From positions 69,440,001 to 69,504,000 of the forward strand of contig NC_043000.1 in the NCBI RefSeq assembly GCF_006345805.1: a DNA stretch of 64,000 nucleotides, in the 5' to 3' direction. Both the position numbers and the translations under genes were made by a program. Below, in pieces: positions 40,201-51,935 of this stretch. The stretch comes from Octopus sinensis. Taxonomy: Eukaryota. Position 1 is the stretch's first letter; every line of letters begins with the position of its first letter. The notes under the pieces are model-generated. The model was not told the DNA's origin. It ran no database searches and worked only from the letters and a program-made list of their open reading frames with translations.

Positions 40201-40639
40201 GAATATTTATGTCAGTAGCCAAAAATATATTTTATTTGACAACAAATAAAACATAATCAATTAATTAGCAATATTGGAATTCAATTACCTCTAGTTTATG
40301 TTATACTGTAAATTATAGATAAGTAGGATTGTATATAACGATATATCGTTAGATTTTTATTTTATGAATAGCAAATCATAAAATCGACTTTAAAATAACC
40401 AGAAGAGTTTTCCAGCTTAATGGATTTTAATGCTGTTGCATTTAAAATGATTTAATATCACTTCTGATTGTGCTGAAAGGACGATTAAGTCGCATTAGAA
40501 ATAAGTACACAATATTTGGGGAATATTCTACAGAATTTACATAGAACAAATAGACATCAGTTTTCGAAATATTTGGCAAAATATTTTAAACTGATATTTC
40601 AAAGATTCACTGAACGTAATCTGTTTTATTTTTCTGTAT

Positions 40640-40699
40640 AGATATATATGCGCGCGCGCGTGAATGTGTGTGTGTGTGTGTGTGTCTGCTTTGTCCGTT

Positions 40700-40732
<33 letters not shown>

Positions 40733-40739
40733 GTATATA

Positions 40740-40793
<54 letters not shown>

Positions 40794-40846
40794 TATATAT
40801 ATATATGTATATATATATGTATATATATATGTATATAATATATTAT

Positions 40847-40925
<79 letters not shown>
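40640..40925. repeat. Representative compound (TA)/(TG)/(CA) microsatellite
   Basis: Dozens of similar (TA)n, (TATG)n, (TCTA)n, (AAT)n and (CTA)n tracts occur across the window and produce most of the low-complexity ORFs in the track. Confidence 0.95.
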
Positions 40926-40927
<2 letters not shown>

Positions 40928-40928
<1 letters not shown>

Positions 40929-41305
40929 AGGCGGCGAGCAGGCAGAAGCGTTAGCACACCGGGCGAAATGCGTAGCCGTATTTCGTCTGCCGTTACGTTC
41001 TGAGTTCAAATTCCGCCGAGGTCGACTTGGCCCTTCATTCTTTCGGGGTCGATAAATTAAGTACCAGTTACGCACTGGGGTCGATGTAATCGACTTAATC
41101 CGTTTCTCTGTCCTTGTTTGTCCCCTCTGTGTTTAGCCCCTTGTCGGTAGTAAAGAAATAGGTATTTCGTCTGCCGTTTCGTTCAAATTCCGCCGAGGTC
41201 GACTTTGCTTTCATCATTTCGAGGTCGATGTAATCGACTTAGTCCCTTTGTCTGTCCTTGTTTGTCCCCTCTGTCTTTAGCCCCTTGTGGGTAGTAAAGA
41301 AATAG
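40928..41305 (+). mobile_element. SINE family 2, tandem array (headed unit + one headless unit)
   Basis: Head AAGGCGGCGAGCAGGCAGAAG. The second unit starts at GGTATTTCG directly after ...AAAGAAATA. Confidence 0.85.
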
Positions 41306-41847
41306 ATTATATATTTATATATGTATGTGTGCATATATGTGTGTGTGTGTATAAGGATGTATATATATGTTTATATATAAATATATATATATACACCCAC
41401 ACATACACACACATACTCACACTTACACACACACACGGATATGTGTATGAAAGTAGAACCTTACAGGATTCAGCTATTTAAGTGCGTAGGTTGATAAAAG
41501 CTGGAATTCAATAAATTAAAAACGGTCGATAAGTTGAGGAGAGCATGAAAAGATAATGAGCATACATACCGAAGAAAATGCTTCTTTATGAATAGTTTCC
41601 AGATCGGAACGGTCATCAGTTGACTCTGTCCGTTATCGGAGCTCTGATAACGGAGAGAGTCAATAATTATTGAAGAGGTTGCAAGAAGCAGCGAAAATTT
41701 TAGAAAAAAATAAGTAAATAGTCGAAATCGAACCGGTGAGTGTGTTAATCAATAAGGCATTAAAACAGAACGGCTCCCCTCAAACACAATAGATATGCTT
41801 CAACACATAAATTCACATAAAGAATTTTGCAAACCAAATACAAAACG

Positions 41848-41924
<77 letters not shown>

Positions 41925-42022
41925 TGTATATATATGTATGTATATATGTATGTATGCATGTATGTACGTATGTATGTATGTATATATGCATGTATATATA
42001 TGCATGTATGTATATATGTATG

Positions 42023-42056
<34 letters not shown>

Positions 42057-42949
42057 TGTATGTATGTATGTATGTATGTATGTACTCATATAGCAGATTT
42101 GTATGTTTTGCTTTATGCATGTATTCTCATGCATATAGTTGCATATCTAGATATGCTCATATATATTTAAGTGATAAACTTCTAGAATGCTTTACAGATT
42201 GTACAGTTCCAGTGACGGATATGTATGGTTGTATGTATGTATATAAATGTGTGTATGTATGTATGTGCATACGTACATGCATACATACATACATACATAC
42301 ATACATACATACATACATACATACATACATACATACATAGGCCTTTGTTACACTAGGTTCACTTATTGTCAGACACAAAGTATATCTCTTCACAAAACCA
42401 CAAAACTTTACTCATCAGGCTCTTCTTGTGTTAGAAGTTTTAACTTGCATGTCTTCTCTTTAGCGGAAGAAAGCATGAAACTTTTAATCAGGTACCAATT
42501 TTCACCGGATACAGTTTAGGGAAGAAATTAAGATTTGTTGGAATTTCTACTTAAAATATTATGTTCGACTCATCCCTATTCTGAAATATTTTGCCAACGC
42601 CTTACCATGTGGGTTACTGCCTTGTCTCAAAATGCCATATTTCTTCTTGAATGTTAAAAAGAAAAGAAATAAAACAATTGCTGGAATATGATTTGTTGCC
42701 TGAAAATGACGTAATAAACAATTTTGATCTGTTATACACTGCATGTATGAGAACTTTTTAAGGGTATTAGATAAGACTATGAAATATGACTTAGCGAAAA
42801 TTTACAGAATGCTGGCGGAAGTAATTCGAGCCACCCCTATTGAAAATCTTATGATCATTATCATTTCCGGTTGCACCTTTCCGTATCCTCGCTTTTTCAT
42901 TTCATATATTCCCACTCATTTACTACAGAATTGCAAAACAAAATGTTTC

Positions 42950-42985
42950 TATATAAACGGGGCCTCCATCACTTAAATGTCATTA
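42950..42985 (+). promoter_or_regulatory. Candidate TATA box and initiator of gene B
   Basis: TATATAAA at 42950-42957 and Inr-like TCATT with its A at 42982 (TATA at about -32 to -25), about 100 nt before the ATG at 43085. Confidence 0.45.
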
Positions 42986-43084
42986 TCAAGCACAAGTTGG
43001 AAGCTGAAAAGACATCTGCTGCTTGTATTATTTACCAACAACGTCAAGTGTTATTCATAGCAGCTAAGAATAAGATATTTTACA

Positions 43085-43135
43085 ATGTATTACTACCAAA
43101 CAGTTTTGTACTTTTCAGTAATCTGCTTGCTGTCA
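43085..43135 (+). CDS. vWA gene B exon 1 (start of signal peptide)
   Basis: MYYYQTVLYFSVICLLS|GTAAGT, phase 0, homologous to gene A exon 1. The five exons sum to 1413 nt, giving 470 aa plus stop. Confidence 0.8.
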
Positions 43136-43364
43136 GTAAGTATTATATGTCATCATCAATTGAGACGTTTACTATTCACAACTAAATATTACATTGACTG
43201 CTTTCACTCTGGCTAAATGCTACTTTATAAATGCCAATTATTCACGTTGCAATTGTTATGATATTTTAAAGACACTTACACTCATAGAGAGTATACAATT
43301 ACTTACTAACTGAAAAAATATCACACATGCGCGAAACACATTGTCCTTCTGTCTGTATCTGTAT

Positions 43365-43395
<31 letters not shown>

Positions 43396-43541
43396 CATAT
43401 ATATGTATGTATGTATATGTGTATGTGCGCATGTGTGTGTGCGTGTGTGCTTGTATGTGTGTGTATGGATCACATATGTGTAATAAGTATATATTTAAGT
43501 ATCTTTATATATATATATGTATATATATATATGTATATATA

Positions 43542-43598
<57 letters not shown>

Positions 43599-43696
43599 AT
43601 ATGCAATATATGCATACATGTAAATATTTATGAACGTGTGGTTCTTAAATGTATTTATTTGTACGTAACTATAATGGGATATTTTTCCATTTTCAG

Positions 43697-43730
43697 TTGC
43701 AGACAGTGGTTCAGAGTTTACCAGCAAAAC
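43697..43730 (+). CDS. vWA gene B exon 2
   Basis: TTTCAG|LQTVVQSLPAK+C|GTGAGT, 34 nt, phase 0-1. Confidence 0.8.
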
Positions 43731-44018
43731 GTGAGTATTCAATTTTGATATGATTTCCCATAACATTGCACTTCACTGCATATTTATCATTTTTCCCGAT
43801 TGAAATGCATTATGCATTTACAACAACTTAAGATTATTGTATATTTTTATGTATGTATGTATGTATGTATGTATGTATGTATGTATGTATGTATGTATGT
43901 ATGTAGGTAGGTAGGTAGGTATGTATGTACGTATACGTGTATGTGTATTTGTTGTTAGTCTATATTATATTATGCGCATAGTATAATTTATTGAAGTCAA
44001 AGTTATTTTGCTTTGCAG

Positions 44019-44582
44019 AATGTGTCGGTAAAGCAGCGAACATCATGTTTGTACTAGATTCTTCTAGTAGTATATGGATTGTCGATTATAAAAAACAACT
44101 GAAATATGTGCAAAGACTTGTAGACAACTTTAACGTCGGTGTAGGTAAATCTCAAGTTAGCGTTGGAGCCATTACGTTCAGTGATAGAGCTCATCTCGAG
44201 TTTTCTCTTGATCAATATACAGACAGCCAACAAGTGAGAAAAGCAATAGATAACATTCCTTACAGAACTGGTCAAACTAACACAGCGGAAGCATTGCAAG
44301 TTTTGAGATCAGAACTGAAACCGAAACTACAGTCATCTTCATCTCCTTTCATTGCAATTGTTATCACTGATGGTAAATCACGTGATACGAAAGCCACAAA
44401 AAAAGAGGCCAAGTTACTTCATAAACTTGGAGTCCACGTTTATGCTATTGGTGTTGGAAGTAATTACGATTTGGAAGAATTGAAAGCTATTGCAAGTGAT
44501 CCCGTCAACAATGTGTATCAAGTGACCAGTTATTCAGCATTGCAGGAAATAAATAAAGATTTTGGAGTAAAACCCTGTGAAG
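44019..44582 (+). CDS. vWA gene B exon 3 (vWA domain with intact MIDAS)
   Basis: TTGCAG acceptor and G|GTGAG donor, 564 nt as in gene A. DSSSS, TNT and TDG motifs are present. Confidence 0.95.
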
Positions 44583-45017
44583 GTGAGAAACTATCAAGAC
44601 TCATCTAATATTTTTCAATTTGTTTTTCTCAAACAATCGTAATATTGACTTGTAAATACGTAGTGCATATTCTTTTAAAATTACCCTTTTACAAAAATAC
44701 GCCCGTAAGCATTTTGTTATCAGAAATCTTCATTGTGTGGTGTTATGCTTGTTTCTCTTTTTAATTTTCCAATTAATAAATTTATGCAATGTCGATAAAT
44801 TATAAAGGAATAATTAACATGTGTATTTTTATTTACCAGCAAGTCGACAACTGTTTCGTATTTGCTTAACTTTCCCATCCTTGTAATCGATAGGTTGTCT
44901 AATACGTATTGCGGTATTATAAAATATTAAGGTTATGATCTGTTGTAATTTGTTTACGCAGTTATCTGTAAGTATTGATAATCAACTCACAAACGAATTT
45001 GTTTTATTGCATTGCAG

Positions 45018-45218
45018 ATATCACAACTCCATCAACAACTACACAAACCACCACAACCACAGAACTTTCTACAATAACTACTCGAGATTCCACAACCACG
45101 AGACCAACCACAACAACATTAAAATCAACAACTTTATTTCATTTGCCCAAAATTACCAAAGAAAGGCCAAAAACCATAACCGGCAAGCCAATGGAAATTC
45201 CTCAACGAGATCAAACTT
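45018..45218 (+). CDS. vWA gene B exon 4 (Thr-rich linker)
   Basis: TTGCAG acceptor and T|GTAAGT donor, 201 nt. Reads DITTPSTTTQ...PQRDQT. Confidence 0.9.
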
Positions 45219-45449
45219 GTAAGTTGTTATTCCGTCTTAGTATGAATAAGAAAATTTTGTCAAACAGAATGCAACCACTTTTTGTTGAATGTAGGGATAT
45301 ATTTTATCTAATCGGCACAGAAAATAGCTAAAAGCAAAATCCATGATTTAAATATTTCAATAGTCATATTAACGTTAAGGAATATTATATATATGAATAT
45401 ATGCACTGTCTTGAACATTTTCCGATGCATTTAGATTTTTTTTAAATCT

Positions 45450-45760
45450 AGAGAAGAGAGTTGCTGCCCATGGCTTTTGTAGGCTTTCAAGGACGGAGAG
45501 GTTGATATATTTAATGTTTCTCTTGCAATAGTACAGGTGTAAATTGATTGTTTTACTAAAAACATAAGCAAGGAGGGCATTCCAGAGGTCAACGCTATAG
45601 GGAAGAAAGACTAGCCGTAGTGGATAATGTCTGAGGCTGGAGATATAATGTTTGATGAAAAGAAGAAGGACGAATTTATTCGAAGTATCCGTGTAAAGAT
45701 GACACGAGAACAGCCAGCAAGAAGATGCAGAGACCATTAGAGATGATCGATAAAACGGAT
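45450..45760 (-). mobile_element. LINE (CR1/L2-like) ORF2 C-terminal remnant in gene B intron 4
   Basis: HYPLRLVFLPYSVDLWNALLAYVF...KRNIKYINLS resembles the F.P..V.LWN.LP terminus of CR1/L2 ORF2. Confidence 0.45.
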
Positions 45761-46541
45761 GGATAGCAGAATCGATAGAGAATCAGAAACTTTGTTATTT
45801 TTTCTTAGGTTCTGAATTCAAATTTAAATTTAAATTTCATCCTTCTGAGTTTGATAAAATAAGCCGATCTCATTTACTATATGTTTTTGAAGTTGACACT
45901 CCAGCGTGGCCACAGTTTAAATGAACAACGGTAATAAAAGCAACAAAATATTAATGTTAGCTCGAGAATATCTCACACCTACCTACCTACCTACCTACCT
46001 ACCTACCTACCTACCTACCTACCTGCATACATACATACATACATACATACATACATACATACACACATACATACATACATACATACATACATACATACAT
46101 ACATACATACCTACACACATACATACATACATACAGTCAGACAGACAGACATACCAAAACATACATACACATATGTGTACATACACACACACACACATAT
46201 ATTTATATATGTTTGTATGTATGTATGTATGTATGTATGTACATGTATGTGTCTTTGCATGCGCACATGGATAGTCGCAGATGAAACAAATGTCACCATA
46301 AGTTTGTTCAATGCAGGTTGACTTGGAACAGCTATGCAACAACAACAAAGCATGAACATTTTTGTCTAAAACAGTCTACATTGAGCGTCAAATACGGTTC
46401 TCAAACAATAATTAAGTTAAAATATGTATAAAAATTTCTACTGCTACATATGTAAAGATTTAAGGGAACAGTCTATTGTAAATCTCCATCTAAATGAATA
46501 CGACGATGATAACTTGATAACGCGTGGAAGAAAAATGAGGG

Positions 46542-46607
<66 letters not shown>

Positions 46608-46806
46608 CACTGTAGTGTCAACAACAATAAAAATAATCACAATTACGACAATAATAACTGTGACAAGGCAGAACAGTTTTTAATTATATCAATTAATTTA
46701 CACTCATACAGACACACACACACACGCATAATTTTAATGATTTAGATTTTATTTATTCTAAAGCACCCGAGGTATTATATTTGTTCTTTTTTTTATTATT
46801 CCACAG

Positions 46807-47369
46807 CATCTATTGTATTTGGATATGACCTAATCTCTATGGGAAGCTACAGAGCCAACATGATTACACAGTTTATCAATGCTATGCTGCCGTACACTGG
46901 ATATGGAAATTTCAGAGTTGTGTCGTTTGCCCACTGTCCGGTTACCTTCAATGTTCCTGTGACTTCATTAATCGGCAAATCCTACTTGGAAACAAGAAAC
47001 AGCGTTAATATAGAAGTTCCCGGATTAGCGAATGTTATACGTGAGATGAGAAAAGGAAAGGAAGTAAATGATAATCCGATTATTTCGAAAAAGAACACAG
47101 CTGTTTTGTTTGTCGATCCTTCAGTAACTGCGATTACACAAGAAGTATTAGAAGAAAGTGAAAAGCTTAAGAATGAAGGCAGTAAAGTATTCTTAGTGAA
47201 TGTAGGTGGTAATATTTGGCCACAACCTCAATTACTGCATTCACTTAGCAGCCAACCTTATAACAACTACATTTACAATGCCCCATCTTACAATCAATTA
47301 TTATACAAAGCTCACAATACGCCTTTCAAATTCAGAGCTATGTGCAAGGGGTACCGTAACAGTAATTAA
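46807..47369 (+). CDS. vWA gene B exon 5 (degenerate vWA-like domain, stop codon)
   Basis: CCACAG acceptor, phase 1, 563 nt, TAA at 47367-47369. Confidence 0.9.
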
Positions 47370-48599
47370 GATTGGTTTCTGTTTAATTTATTTCTTTTTA
47401 TTCATGTGCTGACCATCTTCCATCTGACTGCGGGACAGTCAGACATTTATGTTATGTTTTTGGCGTTTTCATCATTATCTGTGCAGTTTATACTGCGCAA
47501 ATGATGATAAAATTAGTTACCCAAGCACCTGTGAATATATACCTAAGGACACATACATTCACGCATACCCTTGCCACAGAACTACAATTCCTTAATAACA
47601 AAAACGAACATTCCATTTTAGATGTTATAAATAAATATTATTATTACAACTTACAAATAAGTTCTTTTGTTGTTTATCTTTTTTCTTTTACTTAAACCTA
47701 TTTTTTTCTGTTTATTTTTAAAAACTGAATGCTATTTACTTTGGAGTAAATTAACATGCTTAAATACATTGTTTTATGTCCTCCCTCGAGTATTATAAAT
47801 ACGATACGATACTAATTGTTCAGTAGTGTATGATTTCTTATATATACCTTATTGACAGGTACGAATCGGTAATGTGGTGGCCCGCTTGATTTTAGCGAAA
47901 CAGACCATCACTAGTTTCTTTGAATCTCATTTTTTAAAAACTTTTTATTCTAAATTTAGTTTGGTGCAGCATTGAAAATTGTGGATTTATAAAACAAGCG
48001 ATAGGGCCTAATACCCTGCGACATTTAGTTTTGTCTTGCTCTGCTTTTCATTGTTTTGAGGTCGACCTCAAAACGATGAAAAGCAGATCAATCAACAACT
48101 GGGGTCAATATGATAAAAAAAGAAACTTTAACTTGTGTCTATAACAGAAATCTTTATCGATATAGGTTTATAGACATAGGTTGTTATAAAATAATTAATT
48201 ATTACGCAGCAGTCACACGTATAAAATTTATAATCTCCCGCAGATAGCATATAATCTCATGAATACAATGGAGTAGATTCTTTCGTGTTAAAACGTCAAC
48301 CCTATTATAGCAGCAGCAATGGCTCCTAGCATTGGTAAAGGACATATATTTTGGGTGAATGTGAATCACTAACATAGATTGCCGTATATTAGATATGATT
48401 ATTTTATAGATTTCCGAGGGACGTAGCACCACAAGCATTTTCTTTGACGCTGTCCGTATTTTGTCATTCACTGCCCTTCGTTCCAGCGTTAATGTCACGA
48501 AACACTGTAAGGGAAGATATAAGAGCATAAAAAGTATTGTGCCAACACTCGTCCATGTATTTTGCATATGAAAAATAATGATGCTAATAACTCAAGACC

Positions 48600-48990
48600 T
48601 GAAATTTTGTGGGAGGAGGCTAGTCGATTACATCTGGTACTTATCTATCCAGCCCGAAAAGATGAAAAGCAAAGTCGACCTTGGAGGAATTTCAACACGG
48701 AACGTAAAGACAGAAGAAATGCCGCTAAGTATTTTGCCCAGCGTGCTAACGATTCTGCCAGCTCACCACTTTAATAAAAATAATATTTTCTATTATAGGC
48801 ACAAGGCCAACAATTTTGAGGCAATAGGACTAGTTGATTATGTTGACACAGAACTCAACTGATACATATTTCATCGAGTCCGAAAAGATGAAATGCAAAG
48901 TCGACCTCAGCGGAATTTAAACTCCGAAGGTAAAGACGGACGAAATGCCGCTAAACATTTTGTCCGGCGCGCTAACGATTCTGTCCCTCG
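48600..48990 (-). mobile_element. Two diverged SINE family 2 copies
   Basis: GAAAAGATGAAA(A/T)GCAAAGTCGACCT appears twice, each with a head remnant. Confidence 0.7.
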
Positions 48991-49290
48991 CTACCTTAAT
49001 AATACTTGAAAGTATTACATACTATTATAGAATTTCATGTCGATGTTACTCCACACTAATTGTACTTTATTATTTTAAAAGCTCACATACTGAAAAATAA
49101 TGTCTGTAATAATTGGTAACTATTAATGTTGGGAACGTTATAGTATACTCAGCAATATATGTCATCTGACATTAAAAGAAACATTTACTTCCTTTAGACT
49201 AATCTAGCAAAAATATTCTCAGACGGAAGGAACAGTTACCGATTCAAGTATTGTACTTACGTCCACTTGGGAAACTAACATTTCCTATAT

Positions 49291-49419
<129 letters not shown>

Positions 49420-50170
49420 CTAACATTCAAATCTTATTCGATGAACAAATCGTTTGACTACTGAAATATTCTTTAACTCCATTGTTGCTTAATAAGTTTG
49501 TTTATGCGGATTTATTACTCTGAATTGGTAAATTAATATCTATGTTTGCGATGCATGCTGTGTTTGCAGCTCTGTTAGCATTTCCTTAGCGCAAAACTCA
49601 TCGTTAATCATTGACCCATACTATGATGTGAGACTCAGTTTGTGTCCGGCAATCTACTGATTATGCCAACCTACGGTCGTTTTAAATATGTATGAAAGTA
49701 GAGTATTGTACCTTGCCTGGTAACTGCGTCACCAAGTACAGAGCATCTGATTATATACATTAGCTGATATTTGAAGATATACATTAGCTGCTATTTGAAG
49801 ATTATCTCCATTGCCACACAAAATTTCTACGATTTGCATTCTTTCAAGTAACACAACATTTATTGTATAGTGAAACTACACCCATCCCGATAAAAAGTGA
49901 TAGTAGCCAGCTATCATAAATAGACCAGTAGCCAGTTGACAAGAGAAAGGTCGGAAGGTCGAGATACGTGTAGACTGTGTTAATAGCCGTGTCTGTGCTG
50001 ATATAGTAATTATACTGTGATACTGATTGAACATTATAACGATCCAACGTATTGAGAATAATAACACTGTATGACTCGAGGTCGTACAGTGCCAGATAGA
50101 ACCACGCTATCGACGACTTCGGAACATAGCAATATCTGTCAGGGCGACAACCGTCATCAAAGGATAGATA

Positions 50171-50732
50171 TGTAGTGACGCTATACAACAGCGCGCGCGC
50201 GCAACGCCCTTTTCTGATTCGCGCGTGTTTTCATCACCAAGAGGGAACATTGCTATCGTGGAATTAGCTGATTGGCTAGGAAAAGCGACCCTTAGAAAAG
50301 AGGCAAGGGAACGCAAAAACCTTGACCATCAGCGTCCAGCAGAGACAGCAAAGACAGCAGAAGGCCTTTGATACCAGCAGACGTATATTTCTCTCTGTCC
50401 AGCTTTGATAGCAGTCGGCCGAAGGTTTTTTACCAAATTGTTGCAGACAACATCGTCTTCATATTCCGCGGCCATCTTTAACCCGTTCTGTTTTTAGCGG
50501 CTGAACATTGTAAATATTACAATCGATTAACTTTCAGCCTTGCGCGCCCAGAACCAAGGATATCAGATATACCACTGATTTCTCACCGGTATAAAACAAT
50601 AAAGTATATCTATTTTTTACGTCTGCGTTTTGTGTTTCTTTGACTGGTAGAATCTGGATTTAAAAGCAACGGATAGTGATTGCTTCTCGCACCCCCAAAA
50701 GGTCCAGAGAAGATATTCACATTTTCGTTACA
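50171..50732 (+). repeat. 5' LTR (562 bp)
   Basis: TGTAGTGACG...TTCGTTACA; two substitutions relative to the 3' LTR seen by eye. Confidence 0.95.
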
Positions 50733-50733
50733 G

Positions 50734-50745
50734 TGGTGACCCCGA
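50734..50745 (+). promoter_or_regulatory. Primer-binding site, probably tRNA-Trp
   Basis: TGGTGACCCCGA starts 1 nt after the LTR; a tRNA-Trp PBS is typical of the CsRn1 clade. Confidence 0.8.
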
Positions 50746-51174
50746 AGTTCCAGAGAACACTCAACAAAAAGAAAAAAATCCAGTTTTTCTGCCAAGTCTG
50801 AAACACGACCATCCTGTTTTCCAGTCACTTTCAACAGTTTGTTTCTTCATCTGCACTCACGCACGGAAGAAAAAAAAAAGAGAAGAAATTTTTTTCTCGA
50901 TTAAAACACGACGAAGGTTGGTAAAACAAAAAAAAGAAAAGAATTTTTTCTATTCTCTGTGCACACAGTACAAACAAAAAAACAAAAGAAAAAAACATTT
51001 TTTTTTGTAAATTGCACATTCAAAATTTATTGGTTCAATTGTTGGTCTTTCTTTCTTTCTTTCTTCCTTTCTTTTTTCCCTTTGTTTTTCCTTGTTGCGT
51101 CTGTTCAGCGTTGGTTCGTTGTCAGTTTTCTTTTTTCCATTTGACAAGTCATCTAGTGAATAAAAGGCTACAAA

Positions 51175-51903
51175 ATGTTTATGGGTTCGTTACCTACTTT
51201 TACAGGTGATGCCACACTGTGGTTTTCACAGTTAGAGGCACAATTTCGTGCACAAAGTATTACTCCCGAGCAGCAGTTGCAAATCCTTTATGGTTGCATG
51301 CCGCCTCAACTGGCATCTACAGCAAGAGACCTTATCACAGACCCTAGTCCAGGCGCTACTTATGCGTCTGTTAAATTAGAGGTAGAGAAAAGAAATACAC
51401 GAAGCGAGGAAAGTCGTTTCAACGAATTAATGGCAGATGAGCAACTAGGAGATAGGACTCCGTCAGAATTTTTACGAAGACTGAGGGAGTTAAGTGGTAA
51501 TGCATCAGACGCCCCCCTCCTTCGGAAGATTTTTTTTTCGAGGTTGCCCGCCTATATACAGACCGTTTTGGCAACCGGTTTAGAGACAAATACAGTGGAC
51601 CAAATAGCAACGATGGCTGATAAGATGGTTGAATTTGCCGTTCAACCATCGTCACGGTCTGCTTGTGCCTGTTCACAAACTTCTTCGGCCTCAATTGAGG
51701 GGCTTTCTAAACTAATAGAAACCCTCACTAAAAGGATGGACGCGATGTGTCGCGATGGTAAGCGATCTTCAAAATCGCGGAGTCGCAGTCGTTCATCCTC
51801 GATATCAACACAGTCTAAGTCTGGACTGTGTTGGTACCACTCCAAGTATGGAGAGAATGCACATAGGTGCATACAGCCATGCACTTATAAGTCTTTAAAC
51901 TAG
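51175..51903 (+). CDS. gag: Gag (242 aa)
   Basis: [11 protein letters not shown]-terminal motif, [13 protein letters not shown], and the [18 protein letters not shown] knuckle typical of this clade. Confidence 0.9.
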   Translation: MFMGSLPTFTGDATLWFSQLEAQFRAQSITPEQQLQILYGCMPPQLASTARDLITDPSPGATYASVKLEVEKRNTRSEESRFNELMADEQLGDRTPSEFLRRLRELSGNASDAPLLRKIFFSRLPAYIQTVLATGLETNTVDQIATMADKMVEFAVQPSSRSACACSQTSSASIEGLSKLIETLTKRMDAMCRDGKRSSKSRSRSRSSSISTQSKSGLCWYHSKYGENAHRCIQPCTYKSLN

Positions 51904-51935
51904 ATTCGGAGAATTTGAGCACGTCAACTTCCTCC
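51894..51935 (+). promoter_or_regulatory. -1 ribosomal frameshift signal
   Basis: Slippery T TTA AAC (51894-51900) lies in the gag frame just before TAG. After a 7-nt spacer there is a hairpin GGAG.AA.TTGA/TCAA.TT.CTCC (51908-51935). Pol is in the -1 frame. Confidence 0.8.

Larger units (their letters stand above)
36433..41522. repeat. Long inverted repeat (arms about 36433-36750 and 41225-41522) of SINE tail plus unique flank
   Basis: The outer about 220 nt of non-SINE flank (36433-36655 versus 41300-41522) differs by only a few changes by eye. Confidence 0.85.

Noticed and set aside
48202-48567. 121-aa minus-strand ORF
   Set aside because: No recognisable motif, splice context or paralogue in the window.
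50105-50168. Minus-strand TTGATGA...CCGAAG hammerhead-like string
   Set aside because: Both core halves are mutated and stem II is unconvincing.
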